A stretch of 64,000 bases of DNA from Chrysomallon squamiferum (Eukaryota > Animalia > Mollusca): assembly GCA_012295275.1 (NCBI GenBank), contig CM022673.1:23064001-23128000 (forward strand). The letters run 5' to 3'. How positions within the stretch are numbered: position 1 is the first letter of the stretch; every line of letters begins with the position of its first letter. Positions 48,773 through 61,611 of the stretch are shown here, piece by piece. Both the position numbers and the translations under genes were made by a program. Under the pieces are notes generated by a model, which worked only from the letters and a program-made list of their open reading frames with translations, was not told the origin of the DNA and made no database searches.

Positions 48773-51733
48773 AGCTTTCCATTTTAACATTTTGAATCTG
48801 TCCAAAATTAAAATAAAATAAATATTTTTAAAATCTGGATCGTGCATGGTCAGTGGTAACGGACTATGAAACCAAATCATCAAAGGTTTGCGTTTAATGC
48901 AGACAGTTCGTTTTCTATGGTTTAACACGAATTTGGCACGAAAACACACGTCACATCTGTGTTAAAATTCCACAAAGACAGAGCACGTCAACACATTGTA
49001 ACTGTGGCTCATTATCGGCGACTGAAATTCTTACAAGTTACACTTATTTCAACATTAATTCTACGATCTGAAAGTGTAGCTATGTATACGCGTGGCTGTC
49101 TTTCTCCTTATTTATTATTGCTGTTTTCTTTTTCGTTTGTATTCTCAGTATTTACATAGTGTTGAAATAATAGAAAAAGCAATCGATAGCAGCGTGTATA
49201 AATAACGGGAAAGGTGCGTGATAAGCGAGAAGAGTTGAAATGCTATATCCCGAAGGAAGTTTCTACATTATACAGACGCTGCTAGGTAGATAAGTGGTTT
49301 TATTTATGCCAGTTCGTTCTTGGTTGGATTGAAATAATAATAATAGAAAATAGAAAAAGAAAAAATTCCCTTGAATTTTTGTTTATTTTTTTTTTTTTTT
49401 TTTTTTTTCCTTTTTACATTTATAAAAAGAAGTTTATCGTGTAACCCACTAGCAATATACGTGTACGAAAATACTTGGTTTTTTTTCGTTTTTTTTTCTT
49501 TTTTGAGTAGTTTAGTTATACCATCTCCTGCCTCCTGTGTCGTCGTTTTTGGTAGGATTTTTTGTTGTTTTTTTTATCGATATTTTATTTTATTATTTTA
49601 TTTATTTATTTTGAAATATACCTTTCATTTATGAAATTAATTTTGTAAGTTAGAACTAGTATCGAAATGTTCTTTACTTTAATTTATGCAAATAAAATAA
49701 ATAATTTGAGATACAGCATTGCTTTCATATAATATATATATTTATATGAATGTATGTATGTATGTATATAACTATTGTCAGCATTTTATAATTCCAGCAT
49801 TATAATATAAATATGGCTTTCAGATTAAAATGTAAAAATCAGCATATATAATATATGCTTTATTTAAATACCAAAGATAAAAGGAAAAAAGAATAGCTTA
49901 CACTTGACCACGACCATCATAAAAATATATCAGCATATCCAGATTTTGTTATGAGCAAAGTTGTAGACTGTACTGGAATAAACTTTAAAAATCCAGCTGG
50001 CAGTTAATGATGCGTAAGACAATTTATTTATTTTCACGCCTGCCTTTGGTTAATATTAAATCATCCCAGACGTTCAGGTATAAAAACGATTGGTGAATTA
50101 AGTTACACAGAGTACAATATTAATATTAATATTTTAAAAGCATTTTGTGTTACTGTCATATAATTTTTATATTTGTATATTAGTAGAATTTTTTATATAA
50201 TAATTGTATACATTTAAAAAATGAAAATTATTAATTGTATGGTAGTGAATGTTTTAAAATGTATAACAATTGTGGTCAAAGATATGTTATATTACATCAC
50301 ATAACGACATTGTTAACACCAAGCAGTGTCTGTGACCTCAAATACATTTCCAACATCCATGTATAAATGTAGTTTATATTTGTACGCAAAGCTCACTATA
50401 TACAATAAACAATTCTTTTTTAAAAATATATCTAACTACATATTTATTTACAACGACACTGGATTCAAAGAGAAATAGTGTTGTGGAAACATTGTGAAGT
50501 GGACTGATACTACGACTTCTTGTGCTCAGATCAGATGAATAACCACTAAGAAAATCGTTCCAGTACTAAGGTTTTTATATCGGGTTGTAATAATATCTGA
50601 GATAAAAAAAAAACCTTGCTTCCACCACTTTTAACGGTCAGAAAAAAAATGATTGTTATAAGCTTTTTCCTAAATATCAGAAACAGGTATACCGAAGACT
50701 GATCCTAAGAGCTGAAGCATGTTGGACCAGGAGTTTCTCGTTACGATGCGTACTTCTGAACTAGCTGATGAATGACAAATTGACAAAATGCCAGTTAAAC
50801 GTCTCAACTCGAGTAGAGATATCGCATCACTCAGAAATTCCAAGACGTTATCCCGTTTTAAAATACTAATTAATGTCAGAATTACTTTACATTTTAAAGC
50901 AGGTACATGCAAATAGATATGCTAAAAATAAGCAGACACCAGAGAAAAACTGAAAGAATGAAAAAATATGATGAAACGCTTTGACCAAAAATTGCGTACG
51001 TTTACTTAACTCATATGTTAAGTTTTGCATCGTGTCAAACGTCACCGTTAAGTAACTGTAAATTATTTTTTTGCTGGCAGAATAAATTTCTTCATAACAA
51101 CATGAACAAACTGCTGTGACTAAAAAGCTATTGGGAACATTTCAGAGTAATTTGCATTTGTTAGAAAAGTATTTATCAGGGAATTTGGGTTTAGAAGAAA
51201 GGAAGCACAATCGTTGTGTTCGATATCGAAATGATATTAATCGCTTCAAAAATACTGATTCCACCAACACTAATCAGTGTAGCCCAAAAAGATAAATTAA
51301 CTAATGTTTAATAACCCTGGCGTAAAAAAATTGCCAGGATGTTAAAAAGTTGTGAAGATCAATAACAAAACATAATCACAGAGTCTGGTCTATTAGTAAT
51401 TAACAACAATGACATGATGCTTCAAAAAAGGCATTCTGATGTTGAAAATATATTGATACATTTTAAAACAATTAAGTAACAGTCATACATTTAACAAATA
51501 TAATTATGAATGGAAGTTCCCTGCCGTCTCTTCTTCTACCACTTATGCATCAATGGCATACGTGATTGTGTACACGTGCGTATGTATACGTATTAAGTAA
51601 ATGTACAAATGATCCACTGCAACAAAATGTACTCACTTCAAGGGAGATTACTCAGATTTCTCACGAACTGCAATGTTTACTCTAATTCATATTTGTTGAT
51701 AGCATAGATAGAACTATTAAATGTATGCAAAAT

Positions 51734-51780
<47 letters not shown>

Positions 51781-51993
51781 TAATAAAACTTAATGATTTG
51801 AAGATTTTTAAAAATAATAACAGACAATGTTTACATTTAAAATATATTTAAATAAATTCTGCTTATTAACAAGTGTATGAAAAAAAAATATTAAAACAAA
51901 TAAATAAATAACTTCAGAAACAGAAGTAAAATGATTTCTGGATGAAAATAAATTCTACCAAATAACCCCCCACCAAAAAAAAAAAAAAAAGTG

Positions 51994-52028
<35 letters not shown>

Positions 52029-52695
52029 AAACAATATGATATGAATATATTGCATTTAATTACAATCATTAAATCATTATTAACAATATTCAAGTTTACA
52101 AGCAACAGTAACAAATTCATTAGAACAGTCAAGCTGAGCTCCAGATCAGTGTGAAAATATTTTGAGTTATATTTTATAACAAACCATTAACTTAAAACTG
52201 GCTAGTAAAAGAAATTATAACAGTAAAATTACAAATGCAGCAGCGTGAATTTTATATGCTTGTAATAGTTATAACATTGATTAAAAATGAATATCAGTGA
52301 TTTTTATAGCCTGCAAATCCATTACTTTAAAATTTTCAAAATTACAGCATATCTAAAAATTATAAATACAGCAAGCACCTTAAGGCCAATTAATGACCTA
52401 CTCATTTGATGTTTAACAATAAAATTAACAGGTTATCTACCAGACAAACATATAATATTTATTTTCTAAACAGTTAACTTAGAACCTTCAACATTCCAAA
52501 TAGGTAAAGATATTTTCAAAAATAATATTTCATATTAACTACTAAATGTTAACAAATATAACAGAAATATGAATATTCTAAATTAATAAGAGTACATACA
52601 AAAAAAAAAAAAAAGTTTTTATATCTTAATATGTTTTCTGAATGAATGATTTACCAGTAGAGAAACAATTTTATTTTCGTTCAAGAAAGTCCAAA

Positions 52696-52786
52696 TCAAG
52701 AACGAAAGGAATTCTTTTCTTCTCGTAAAAATGCCATTATTTCAATTGGGTCCTTCTTTTGGCAAATTTTCTGCATCACCGATTGG
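52696..52786 (-). CDS. HAGH: HAGH exon 9 (stop)
   Basis: [30 protein letters not shown]; uses an AAG acceptor. Confidence 0.88.
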
Positions 52787-55700
52787 CTTTAAAAAGAGAA
52801 CAGAGAAAAAAAGGCATATAGGTATAGATATATTATCCATGGAGGGGGGGAGAGAGAGACAGAGAGAGAGAGAGAATAAACATTTTAAATATGAATAAAA
52901 AAATATGACTTTAATTTATAACAGTATTCAAGTAATGTAAAACTAAAGAAAATAATTACAAACTAATAAAACACCTCCAATTTACTAATGAAAATATTAT
53001 TTTTTGTGTGTTTGTGTCTGTCTGTCTGTATATATATATATGTATTTAAAGCAATAGTACATACCAAACTCTCATAAAAGGATTTATGTCTTTTTCTTCA
53101 CGAATGGTGGATGGAATGGTTGGTCGATTTGTTAGACGCTGTGTCTGTTATAAAACAGAAATTATTTTATTTTAGATTTTAATTACTTTGCATACACCAT
53201 GGTAAAACAAGATAATAAAATAATACAGCTATTATTACTTCCATAAGAGGAAATATTCTGAATCGCCCAAAATGTTATATATTAGCTAGCTTGGCATCTT
53301 TTTTATCATCAGTGAGAACGAAAATGTGTCATGATTAGGCATTAGTTACATATCAGCTGTCAGAAGAGAGAAATAAAGAAAAAAAAAAAAAAAAAAAAAA
53401 AAAACAACTCTTTTGATGATGGATTCTTTCATCCAAGCCACTTCACATACAGCACTCTTATCTTATTTTTGTCAGATGTTTTTGATGAGCTAAAAACAAT
53501 ATTAAAATTATAAAATACCTCAGCCCATTCCAATTTCTTCTTAATGATCATATTGTTTGGTTCTATGTGACGTGCAAATTTCAGATTGCTGACTGTATAC
53601 TCATGTCCACAGTATACTTTCTAAAATAGAACAACGTTTCAAGAAAATTTTAATATACATTTGTCTTTTACTGAATGCACCATTTACATCAAACTATCTG
53701 TTGAAAGTTGTATCCTTATAAGCAGTCTTACCTGTTAACAATATTAAAACAAATCAGCTGTATTGTAAAACATTATTGTTCAAAATATATATACTTAATG
53801 AACAGTAATGAACAGCGACAAAACAATTTTGTATATAATAACAAGTACTTGAAACAAGCATAAATTTGAATGCATGTATATATATATATATATAAAAATT
53901 CATACACACAAACATAAAAATATATACTATTTTTTTTTTAATTTTAAATTTACATTTAACTTCAATGAATGAAATGAGATTGTTTAAAGAAAAGTGGAAG
54001 CACGCAAGATGCAGAGACCAACCACCTGAACCCTGACACTCTGGAATTGTTCATTTCTAAAATTCAAATTAACTAACAGTTTCGTTTGGCAACTCTGCTA
54101 ATATCTCTATCAAAGCATGATACATATCGTTAGCAGTGCCTTCAAAAAATCGACCACAGCCACCAATAAACAATGTATCTCCTGAAAAATATAAATAAAT
54201 AAAGAAAGAAAGAAATTAAGAAACAACATTTTAATAAATATTTAGCAACAGACAATAATAACAATTTCCCCAGTTAAAAATATTTTATTAACAGATGTGA
54301 CTACTTGGAGGGAATGAAATAGTAACAGTAGTGCAATTCTGGTTAACTCTGGTTATTAAATAAAAGTTACCTGTAAATTATTCACTATGGTTATTAAACA
54401 AATATTACCTGAAAATGAATTACTCTCCTACAGTTTTTAACAACTGTTATAAATTAATTATTGAAACTTATCATAAACAAATGTTACCTGTGAAGACCAC
54501 AGGCTGTTCATCATTCAGTCCTGTAACATAGTAACATATGTGACCAGTTGTGTGACATGGTGTAAATAAACATTTTATCCTCAGTGAACCAATCTGAAAA
54601 ATGAGAAAAAAACAAGACATAAACAATTTTATTATCACTTTACCTATTTGAATAATGACCATCAACAACACACAAATAACAGATTATTTTCAATCCATGT
54701 AAAAAATAATAAATGAACTAGTAAATAACATTAAGTAAGCAAATAAATAAAGGAAAAAAGTTCAGATATTCCTTCTTTACAGTAAACTGAATAAAATAAT
54801 TTTTGAAAGCATTATTTCATTTCTTTTCTTTCTTTTTTGATTATTATTATTATTTGTTGTTTTTTGCCCCCTTGACCATCAGTAATTTAAAAAAATACTG
54901 GTGATCAACTTTACATAATTCTGAAATAATGTACAATTGAAGCATTAGGAAATTTAACTTTACTAATACCTGAATTTGGCAATATTATTTTAATTCTAGA
55001 AAACTAATCAAACAATACAAATTACAGTCAAACCTCTTTATAATGCTGACACTGGTTTGTCTTTATAAACAAGCTATATAATAAAGCATTTTCTGAGATT
55101 AAAAATTACTACAGGCATCAAAACTCAATACTAACCCATAATAACCCAGTTCTTGCTTACTTCTCTCAGAGAAATCAAGAAGTATGCTGAATTAAAGACC
55201 ACTTTATTTTGATTGTTCAACAGGCTGATATTAAGAAATGAATATTTGAGGGAACAAAATGCTAACTCGAACCATTTACATGGCTTGATTCGTGTCGTCA
55301 CTACAAGATCACATGTTACAAAATACAAAATACAAAACAAGTGGGTTATTTCTTAAACTTATCTAACATTTTTATTTATACAGTTACTGAAATATATGCT
55401 AAATAGTCTTAATGTTTAAAAATAATACCAACTATTATAATGTACTGGTACCAACCAGTGGTCAGATAATTAGAACAACTCATCTTATCAAATAAAATTA
55501 TTAGGAGTCATAAACAATTATGAATTAGATAACAGTTCTTTAAAAGCATTTTCTGTAATGCCATGCTAAGTTAAATTCTTAATTTTTTCAAAATAACTAT
55601 ACAGAAAAATATAATTATTATTCATGAAACATGAGACAAAATGCTGTGATTGTTGATTTATTGGTTAATTATGCATTTGCATAAGAGTGTGTTGCCCAAA

Positions 55701-58700
55701 CTGTTGGCACACGGCAGACTGCAGGCAGAATAAAACAAGGTAAATTTATGTACATATTTAAATACAGATGATCAGTTATCAAGTATTTTGGGATTATATA
55801 TAGGTCTGGAAAATACAAAATATGTATTTTGAGAAGGAAAAGACTGCAAGTACATTTTAAGCCTGTAAAAGTAAGGTTTGAGAATATATATATATATAAT
55901 ATATTGGTTTATCACCTGAAACATGTCTCCATGTTTTATCTTGTTTGTGAGACCTCCAATTCTCTCATCTGCTCCATATACATTTATTTTTCCTGCAAGC
56001 TTTAGCAAACCTTCATTTCCACCTGCGTGATCCCTAAAGACAAAAATATTTATTAATAACAAAAATTTCTGCTTCTTCTGTGTGTGGATTAATACAAAAA
56101 AAACAAATGATTTCTAACTACACTGATGTTTACTTACCTGAAAAGAATATTTTTAAACTTTGTTATATAAGTTTGATAGTCAAGGAACTATTGTAGAGAA
56201 ATTGTCCCAATGGAACCTTCAGTTAATATGCACAGAAATTGGAATGGAACATTAACAGAAAATACCCTTAACTCATGTCATAAGCAAAGTTTGTGGTTGA
56301 TTTATATTAAACAAAACTTTTTCTATGAACAAAATTATTACTATTATTACATCATGTTGTCTATAGATGTCAGCTGTATATGATACATCACAGGTTTTTA
56401 TGTTTAAACTTCAATATCTTACTCAAGCCATCTTATCAATATCATATTCCAAAATTTGAAAAACTTTGAAACTAAGATATTTCAGGCCACCATTTAAACT
56501 TATATATGTATGTATGCTCATCAAATATTTTAACCAACAAAAAATGTTTTGATGGTCTATAAAACTCACCAGTGATGGTGTGTACACAGTATACCAACTA
56601 ATGTTAGATCTTGTTCCCTGATTGTATAAAAGATCTGAAAGTATAAATTAGTATTAAGCATACTAACATTTATGATCAACAAAATTAAAAATAAAAATGT
56701 GAAAACTGTAAAACAGTTTGCTAACACATTTTTTAAATATATATTTAACAGTGAAAAAAAAAAAAAAAAGAATAAAGGTTTTCTGGTAGTACGTATTTAA
56801 TTAATAATAATTTGAAAACACTGCAAATCTCAAACATTTACTCAATTCATCTGTTTTTTTTATCTCCTTTTTTTATTTTTTATTTTTGATACTTATAAAA
56901 AGAGAAAAATAATCACTGTTTTTTTATTCAACACACATCACACTTTATTATTAGGAACAAATAAAACAATGATTATGACCAAGGTATGTAAAGTGTTAGA
57001 TACAAGTCAAATATACATTTGTGCTCCTTGCCATGCATATTGTCTTGTAAAAAGCTTGATAAACAAAAAAAAAGATAAATTTGATTACTTCTAGCATTTA
57101 GAAAAGATAAGTGTAATGTGGAAAAAAAATATTGCATTTAATAATACACTTGCAGCTTTGACTGTACACATTGTGTTACACTACAGCTGAGGAAACTGTT
57201 GAGGATGAGCTGCTCTTCTTGTAAAAATTAAGCAGATGGGATAAAACAGACATTAAATTTAGAAAATAAATTACCTTGTCTGGCTGAACTGGATCAACAG
57301 CTAAACATTTTTTAGTTTTAGCATCTGAAATTATGAACATGTAATTGTCTTCTAGGGCACAAATCACTTGAACCTTCATTTCTTTCAGTGTATTTTCTGT
57401 TGCTGAGGAGTGAGAGAGGCAGACAGTAGAAGATACTGGTAACAGTCCAAAACCTAAAATATATTATTAACACCAAATTTTAAAAAAGTAATAGAAAAAA
57501 GAAACATTCCAAAGAAGGAAAACAAATTAAAAAAAAAGGAAATAAACTATAAAATAATTAATTACTTAAAGTTAAAAGTATTATGTATTCTTTGTTAATA
57601 CATTTTTTATAACCGTAACAATATTAAACATATTAGAGTTCTTTAATCAAAGGTTCATTTATTTCATTTTCAATTATTTCTATTATTTTATTATATTATC
57701 ATTATTTTTATTTATTATTAAAAACATTTTTTTGGTTGAAGTGGGTTTCAGGAATATATACAGGCCGCATTAAAAGGAGGAACACAGAATAGAACTCAAA
57801 AACTGAAATAATTTTTATTATGAAAAAACATCTATCAGCAAAGCATTGGGAGGATTGTGTGTCATGCATCTTCTTTCTGGATTTGCACATTCACGATTGT
57901 TTGATAGAGATATATTAATTTGTTAACATAATGAAATACGTTTATTATTAAAATATCCCTTGAACAGTCCATTTTTATTTTTGTTTTCAGATTTTTTCAT
58001 TGGTTTATTTTTTGAATTTTATAAACTATTATTTTTATTATTATTTTCATTTTAGTTATTTATTTACTGGCCATTTTGCTACTAATTACAGGTTGAGAAT
58101 CCTTTATCCAGAATGCTTGGAACTGGAAGTGTTTCAGATTTCAAGATATTTTGGAGTTTGGAATGTAAGGCAATAACAATAAGAATAGAACCTATGTCTG
58201 AAAATTGTAAGATATTATTTCTACAGCTTGGAAAAGGTTTTGGATTTCAGAGCTTTTCAGATTTCAAAATTTTGCATAAGAGATCCTCGACCTGTATTAT
58301 TAGACTGCAAATAAAACCCCTTGTAAATATTATTATTTTACTAGCAGAAAAATCAAGCCATAATCCTAGATTTTCACCACATTGTATGATTGTTTGAACT
58401 ATGTATGAATTAATTATCAACAGTAACTAAAGTGGAATGAATACATTTAGTTATGTTTATCAACATATTTTGTAATTTTATGGCACAAATATTAATATAA
58501 ATATATATAGTGCAGAAACATTTATTAAAATTTTGATTTTTTTTAAATATTTATGTTAATTATTAATATGTCAGTGTTTTCTAATTGTTTTTGAAGATTA
58601 AATATACTGTGGTTTTCAAGACTGATGTATGATTACACAAGTCTTCATTTGCTTAACTATATAATCATACCATAAACATTTTTATTATTGTTGTTATATT

Positions 58701-58702
58701 CA

Positions 58703-58764
<62 letters not shown>

Positions 58765-59116
58765 CAAATATCTTGTACCTATAAAAATTATAATTATTTT
58801 CTCCGATGACTTCTTTCTTACTTCTTTTTTTTTTTTTTTTTTTTTTTTTCTCTGCTTGACATTAATATACCAAATGAACAAAAATTCACATCCTACTGTC
58901 CAAATAACGCTACTAGTACTAACACACTCCGAACGCCAGTTTCTTATTATTCACTAGCGACACCTATCGAGTTATCTGAAACTATAGTTTTACGACGTAT
59001 TAATACGAAAAACAAAAAAGAGCATATTCGTGTTATTTGTTTAAAATCTATGTACCTCGTAATAAATGTGTTTTTATAAAACACAGACTATTAGTGAATG
59101 CCTTGAAGGTAAACAT
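52696..59116 (-). CDS. HAGH: Hydroxyacylglutathione hydrolase (glyoxalase II), 301 aa with mitochondrial leader (256 aa from internal ATG 57379), 9 exons: complement(join(52696..52786,53065..53144,53519..53620,54078..54181,54488..54593,55916..56033,56570..56634,57275..57453,59056..59116))
   Basis: Motifs [90 protein letters not shown]. All splice phases consistent (906 nt). Confidence 0.95.
53065..53144 (-). CDS. HAGH: HAGH exon 8
   Basis: [26 protein letters not shown]. Confidence 0.93.
53519..53620 (-). CDS. HAGH: HAGH exon 7
   Basis: [34 protein letters not shown]. Confidence 0.93.
54078..54181 (-). CDS. HAGH: HAGH exon 6
   Basis: [35 protein letters not shown]. Confidence 0.93.
54488..54593 (-). 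CDS. HAGH: HAGH exon 5
   Basis: [35 protein letters not shown]. Confidence 0.93.
55916..56033 (-). CDS. HAGH: HAGH exon 4
   Basis: [39 protein letters not shown]. Confidence 0.93.
56570..56634 (-). CDS. HAGH: HAGH exon 3
   Basis: [22 protein letters not shown]. Confidence 0.93.
57275..57453 (-). CDS. HAGH: HAGH exon 2
   Basis: [59 protein letters not shown]. Confidence 0.92.
58089..58294. mobile_element. Tigger/pogo-type MITE, 206 bp, in HAGH intron 1
   Basis: Imperfect 26-bp TIRs (CAGGTTGAGAATCCTTTATCCAGAAT vs CAGGTCGAGGATCTCTTATGCAAAAT, 20/26), flanked by TA on both sides; subterminal TTTCAGATTT repeats. Confidence 0.85.
59056..59116 (-). CDS. HAGH: HAGH exon 1 (putative mitochondrial targeting peptide)
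   Basis: [20 protein letters not shown](G), no acidic residues; phase-1 donor G|gtacat matches exon 2. Confidence 0.75.
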
Positions 59117-60738
59117 TAATAAAAACAAATTTAACGAAAAAATTTACGAGTCAACCAATCCCGGTGATGTCTCAAATAAGCTCCTGTAATATTTCGTTTT
59201 ATGGCCGCAGCAATATAGCTTATGCTTGTTAGTGTCGACTTATAAGAATTAATGTACAAGAATTAATTATATTTTAAATAACTATATTATCAGCAAAATG
59301 TGTGTTTTATTCGACTAATAAATATATGAAAATTGTGTTGCAACTTAAATAAACAGTGATCTTTTCTGTGTCTATCATATACTAGCAACACTAGAGAAAG
59401 AGACAGACAGAAATATACCGTATATACTTGTGTACACGGCGACCTTATGTATAAGTCGATATGTATTTTAAGACCAAAAATTGCGTCATTTTAGGTATTA
59501 CTTGTGTATAAGTCGACTGTAGATTCCAGGCACCGTCACTATTTTTAGACCAGTGTGACAGTGCCATGAAGGCCTACATTGTACGCCTACTGTAACATAA
59601 CTTGCACGAGCTGTAACTTGCACGAACATACCATAATAACGTAAATGCATGTATTACACGAGCTATAGCCTAAATGTATCATAAATAGTATCTCTTTAAT
59701 GTAATAGATCTAACATGGAGACCTAACTTACCGTTATATTTAGCCGTTCTATGATTTACAAAATTTGTAGGTAGTGGATATTAATGACGATTGCAATATT
59801 ATTTCACCAAATTCTTTACAATTAAACAAGTGAGTTTTGTTTATGAAATTAGGACCGATATTTAGTGCAATTTGGCAGAGAAGTCTGCATTCCTAGATCA
59901 TTGCAAGACGCCGTAAGGCATAACGCCGTACTGACGGTTTTCTCGCTGTAAAATGTATTTTTATGTCATTAAACGGAAGAATATCATGTTTTACATTCAT
60001 ATTTGGTTTTGTTATTTAATTTTTCAAAATTTTTTATACGATAAAATTATATTTTTGAAAAGCTGAAAGACCGCGATTATTTTAGATGCATCCCGTAGCA
60101 AAAAATAGTCAAAATGGCGACTCTTCAGCAACAGCTACAAAAGCATTACCTATGTATAAGTCGACCCCCAAAATATCACCTTAATATAGTCTCCCAAAAA
60201 TTCGACTTATACACAAGTATATACGGTATATATAATTATAGTGTTATTGCAATTCAAAATTGGTATCAAAATAGAATTTTTAAAATGACCAAATAATACA
60301 TGTGTAAATAAATAGTAATTTGTATATGACGCATGTAATATTTTTTTTTCCAAAATAAGTTTAAAAGCCGTAAATAAAATAATCTTTAAAAGACAATTAA
60401 GCATATCATATGAAGCAACGATATGTTTTAATATCATTAATAACCATTACCGCCTTGAGTTTGGCCTGAGTACCACTTTAATAATCTTAAAAAGCAAAGT
60501 ACAAAATTATTTAACACAAAATTATAGATGTATCTTTTTTATTATAATACTGTTCAGCGTCAGTAAATAAATTAATTAATTAATATTTATAAGAATTCTG
60601 GAAATTCTAAATATAGCTTAAAATATTGACACCGATATAATTATAGGGTGTTAAAAATTGTTTACACCGCTTATCTCTGATTCTGCTGAAGTTAATGCGC
60701 CATCTACCGTCAGACGTAGCACCTGTTCAAACTCAACT
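59117..60738. promoter_or_regulatory. Divergent (head-to-head) intergenic/promoter region between HAGH and MYO1D
   Basis: The two ATGs point apart ~1.6 kb from each other; CCAAT motif at ~59155; half of the region is a MITE. Confidence 0.6.
59418..60226. mobile_element. Non-autonomous Tc1/mariner-superfamily (Tc2/pogo-like) DNA transposon/MITE, 809 bp
   Basis: Perfect 17-bp TIR CCGTATATACTTGTGTA; TA duplication at 59416-17 and 60227-28; internal copies of TGTATAAGTCGA at ~59448, ~59506, ~60154; no transposase ORF. Confidence 0.88.
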
Positions 60739-60836
60739 ATGGCGGGTATACATGAAGGTCCTGAATATGGGATCGGAGATTTTGTTCTCCTTCGGGAGGT
60801 TACAATGGATCATTTTATGGAAAATTTGCAACGGAG
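60739..60836 (+). CDS. MYO1D: Unconventional myosin ID, exon 1 (gene continues past the window)
   Basis: MAGIHEGPEYGIGDFVLLREVTMDHFMENLQRR resembles the myosin-1D/1G N-terminus; phase-2 donor AG|gtttgt. Confidence 0.88.
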
Positions 60837-61402
60837 GTTTGTAGCAGTTTATTCACATTATTACTGGTTGTTGTCACTTCGCTGTATGATATATAAACTG
60901 AAACTTTATAATATTATGTCGTACATTCGATGATTATGAAAATATCATTATGACATGAGATTGACTCATTCAACTTCAGCTTGAAGTTTAAGTCATTGGT
61001 ATAACTGTCGGCGTATGTACGATAAACGAATTCGAAATGGTAGTGTCTCACTAACATTTATTTCTGTTCATAAAGTACTGACAACTATTTATTTTGAACT
61101 GATTAATTAAATTTAAATAATATATTTGGAATTACTCATATAAATTATAATGATGTATATTATAATTGTATTATTATTAACTAAACTGAATTCAGCTGTC
61201 AGTGATTTTATTGTGATCACAATCTTAATATATTAATTTTTTATTCCTAAATGATTCTCATAATAATTATTAATGTATTTGTTATTGTTGTGATTAGAAA
61301 AAAAGCAAAGCATGTTGTTTTACTTTCTTAAAATATAGATCATTTTGTTTTGTTTAGCCCATATTTATGATTATGAAAGCAAATAATTTATTCTCATTGC
61401 AG

Positions 61403-61611
61403 ATTTGAGAAGTCAAAGATTTACACATACATTGGTGAGGTGGTGGTTTCAGTTAACCCATACAGAACAATGGACATTTATAATAACAAATACATTGAGG
61501 AGTACAAGGGAAGAGAGATCTATGAGAGACCACCTCACATCTTTGCTTTAGCAGACAGTGCCTATAAAACAATGAAACGAAGTGCAAGAGACACCTGTAT
61601 AGTAATATCAG
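61403..61611 (+). CDS. MYO1D: Unconventional myosin ID, exon 2 (ends just before the GESG P-loop)
   Basis: [69 protein letters not shown](G), characteristic of class ID myosins. Confidence 0.92.

Noticed and set aside
50670-50912. 80-aa minus-strand ORF in complex sequence between the SRCR gene and HAGH
   Set aside because: No recognisable domain or supporting exon chain; left unannotated
52681-52698. Stop-codon readthrough of HAGH TGA to a second TGA (adds FGLS)
   Set aside because: No TGA-CTAG readthrough context and the extension is not a PTS1 signal
55023-55210. TACAGTCAAACCTC start typical of Tc1/pogo MITEs
   Set aside because: No matching right TIR found; at most a fragment
61149-61195. 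C/D-box snoRNA-like motifs (ATGATGT...CTGA) in MYO1D intron 1
   Set aside because: Imperfect C box, too short (~40 nt), low complexity and no terminal stem
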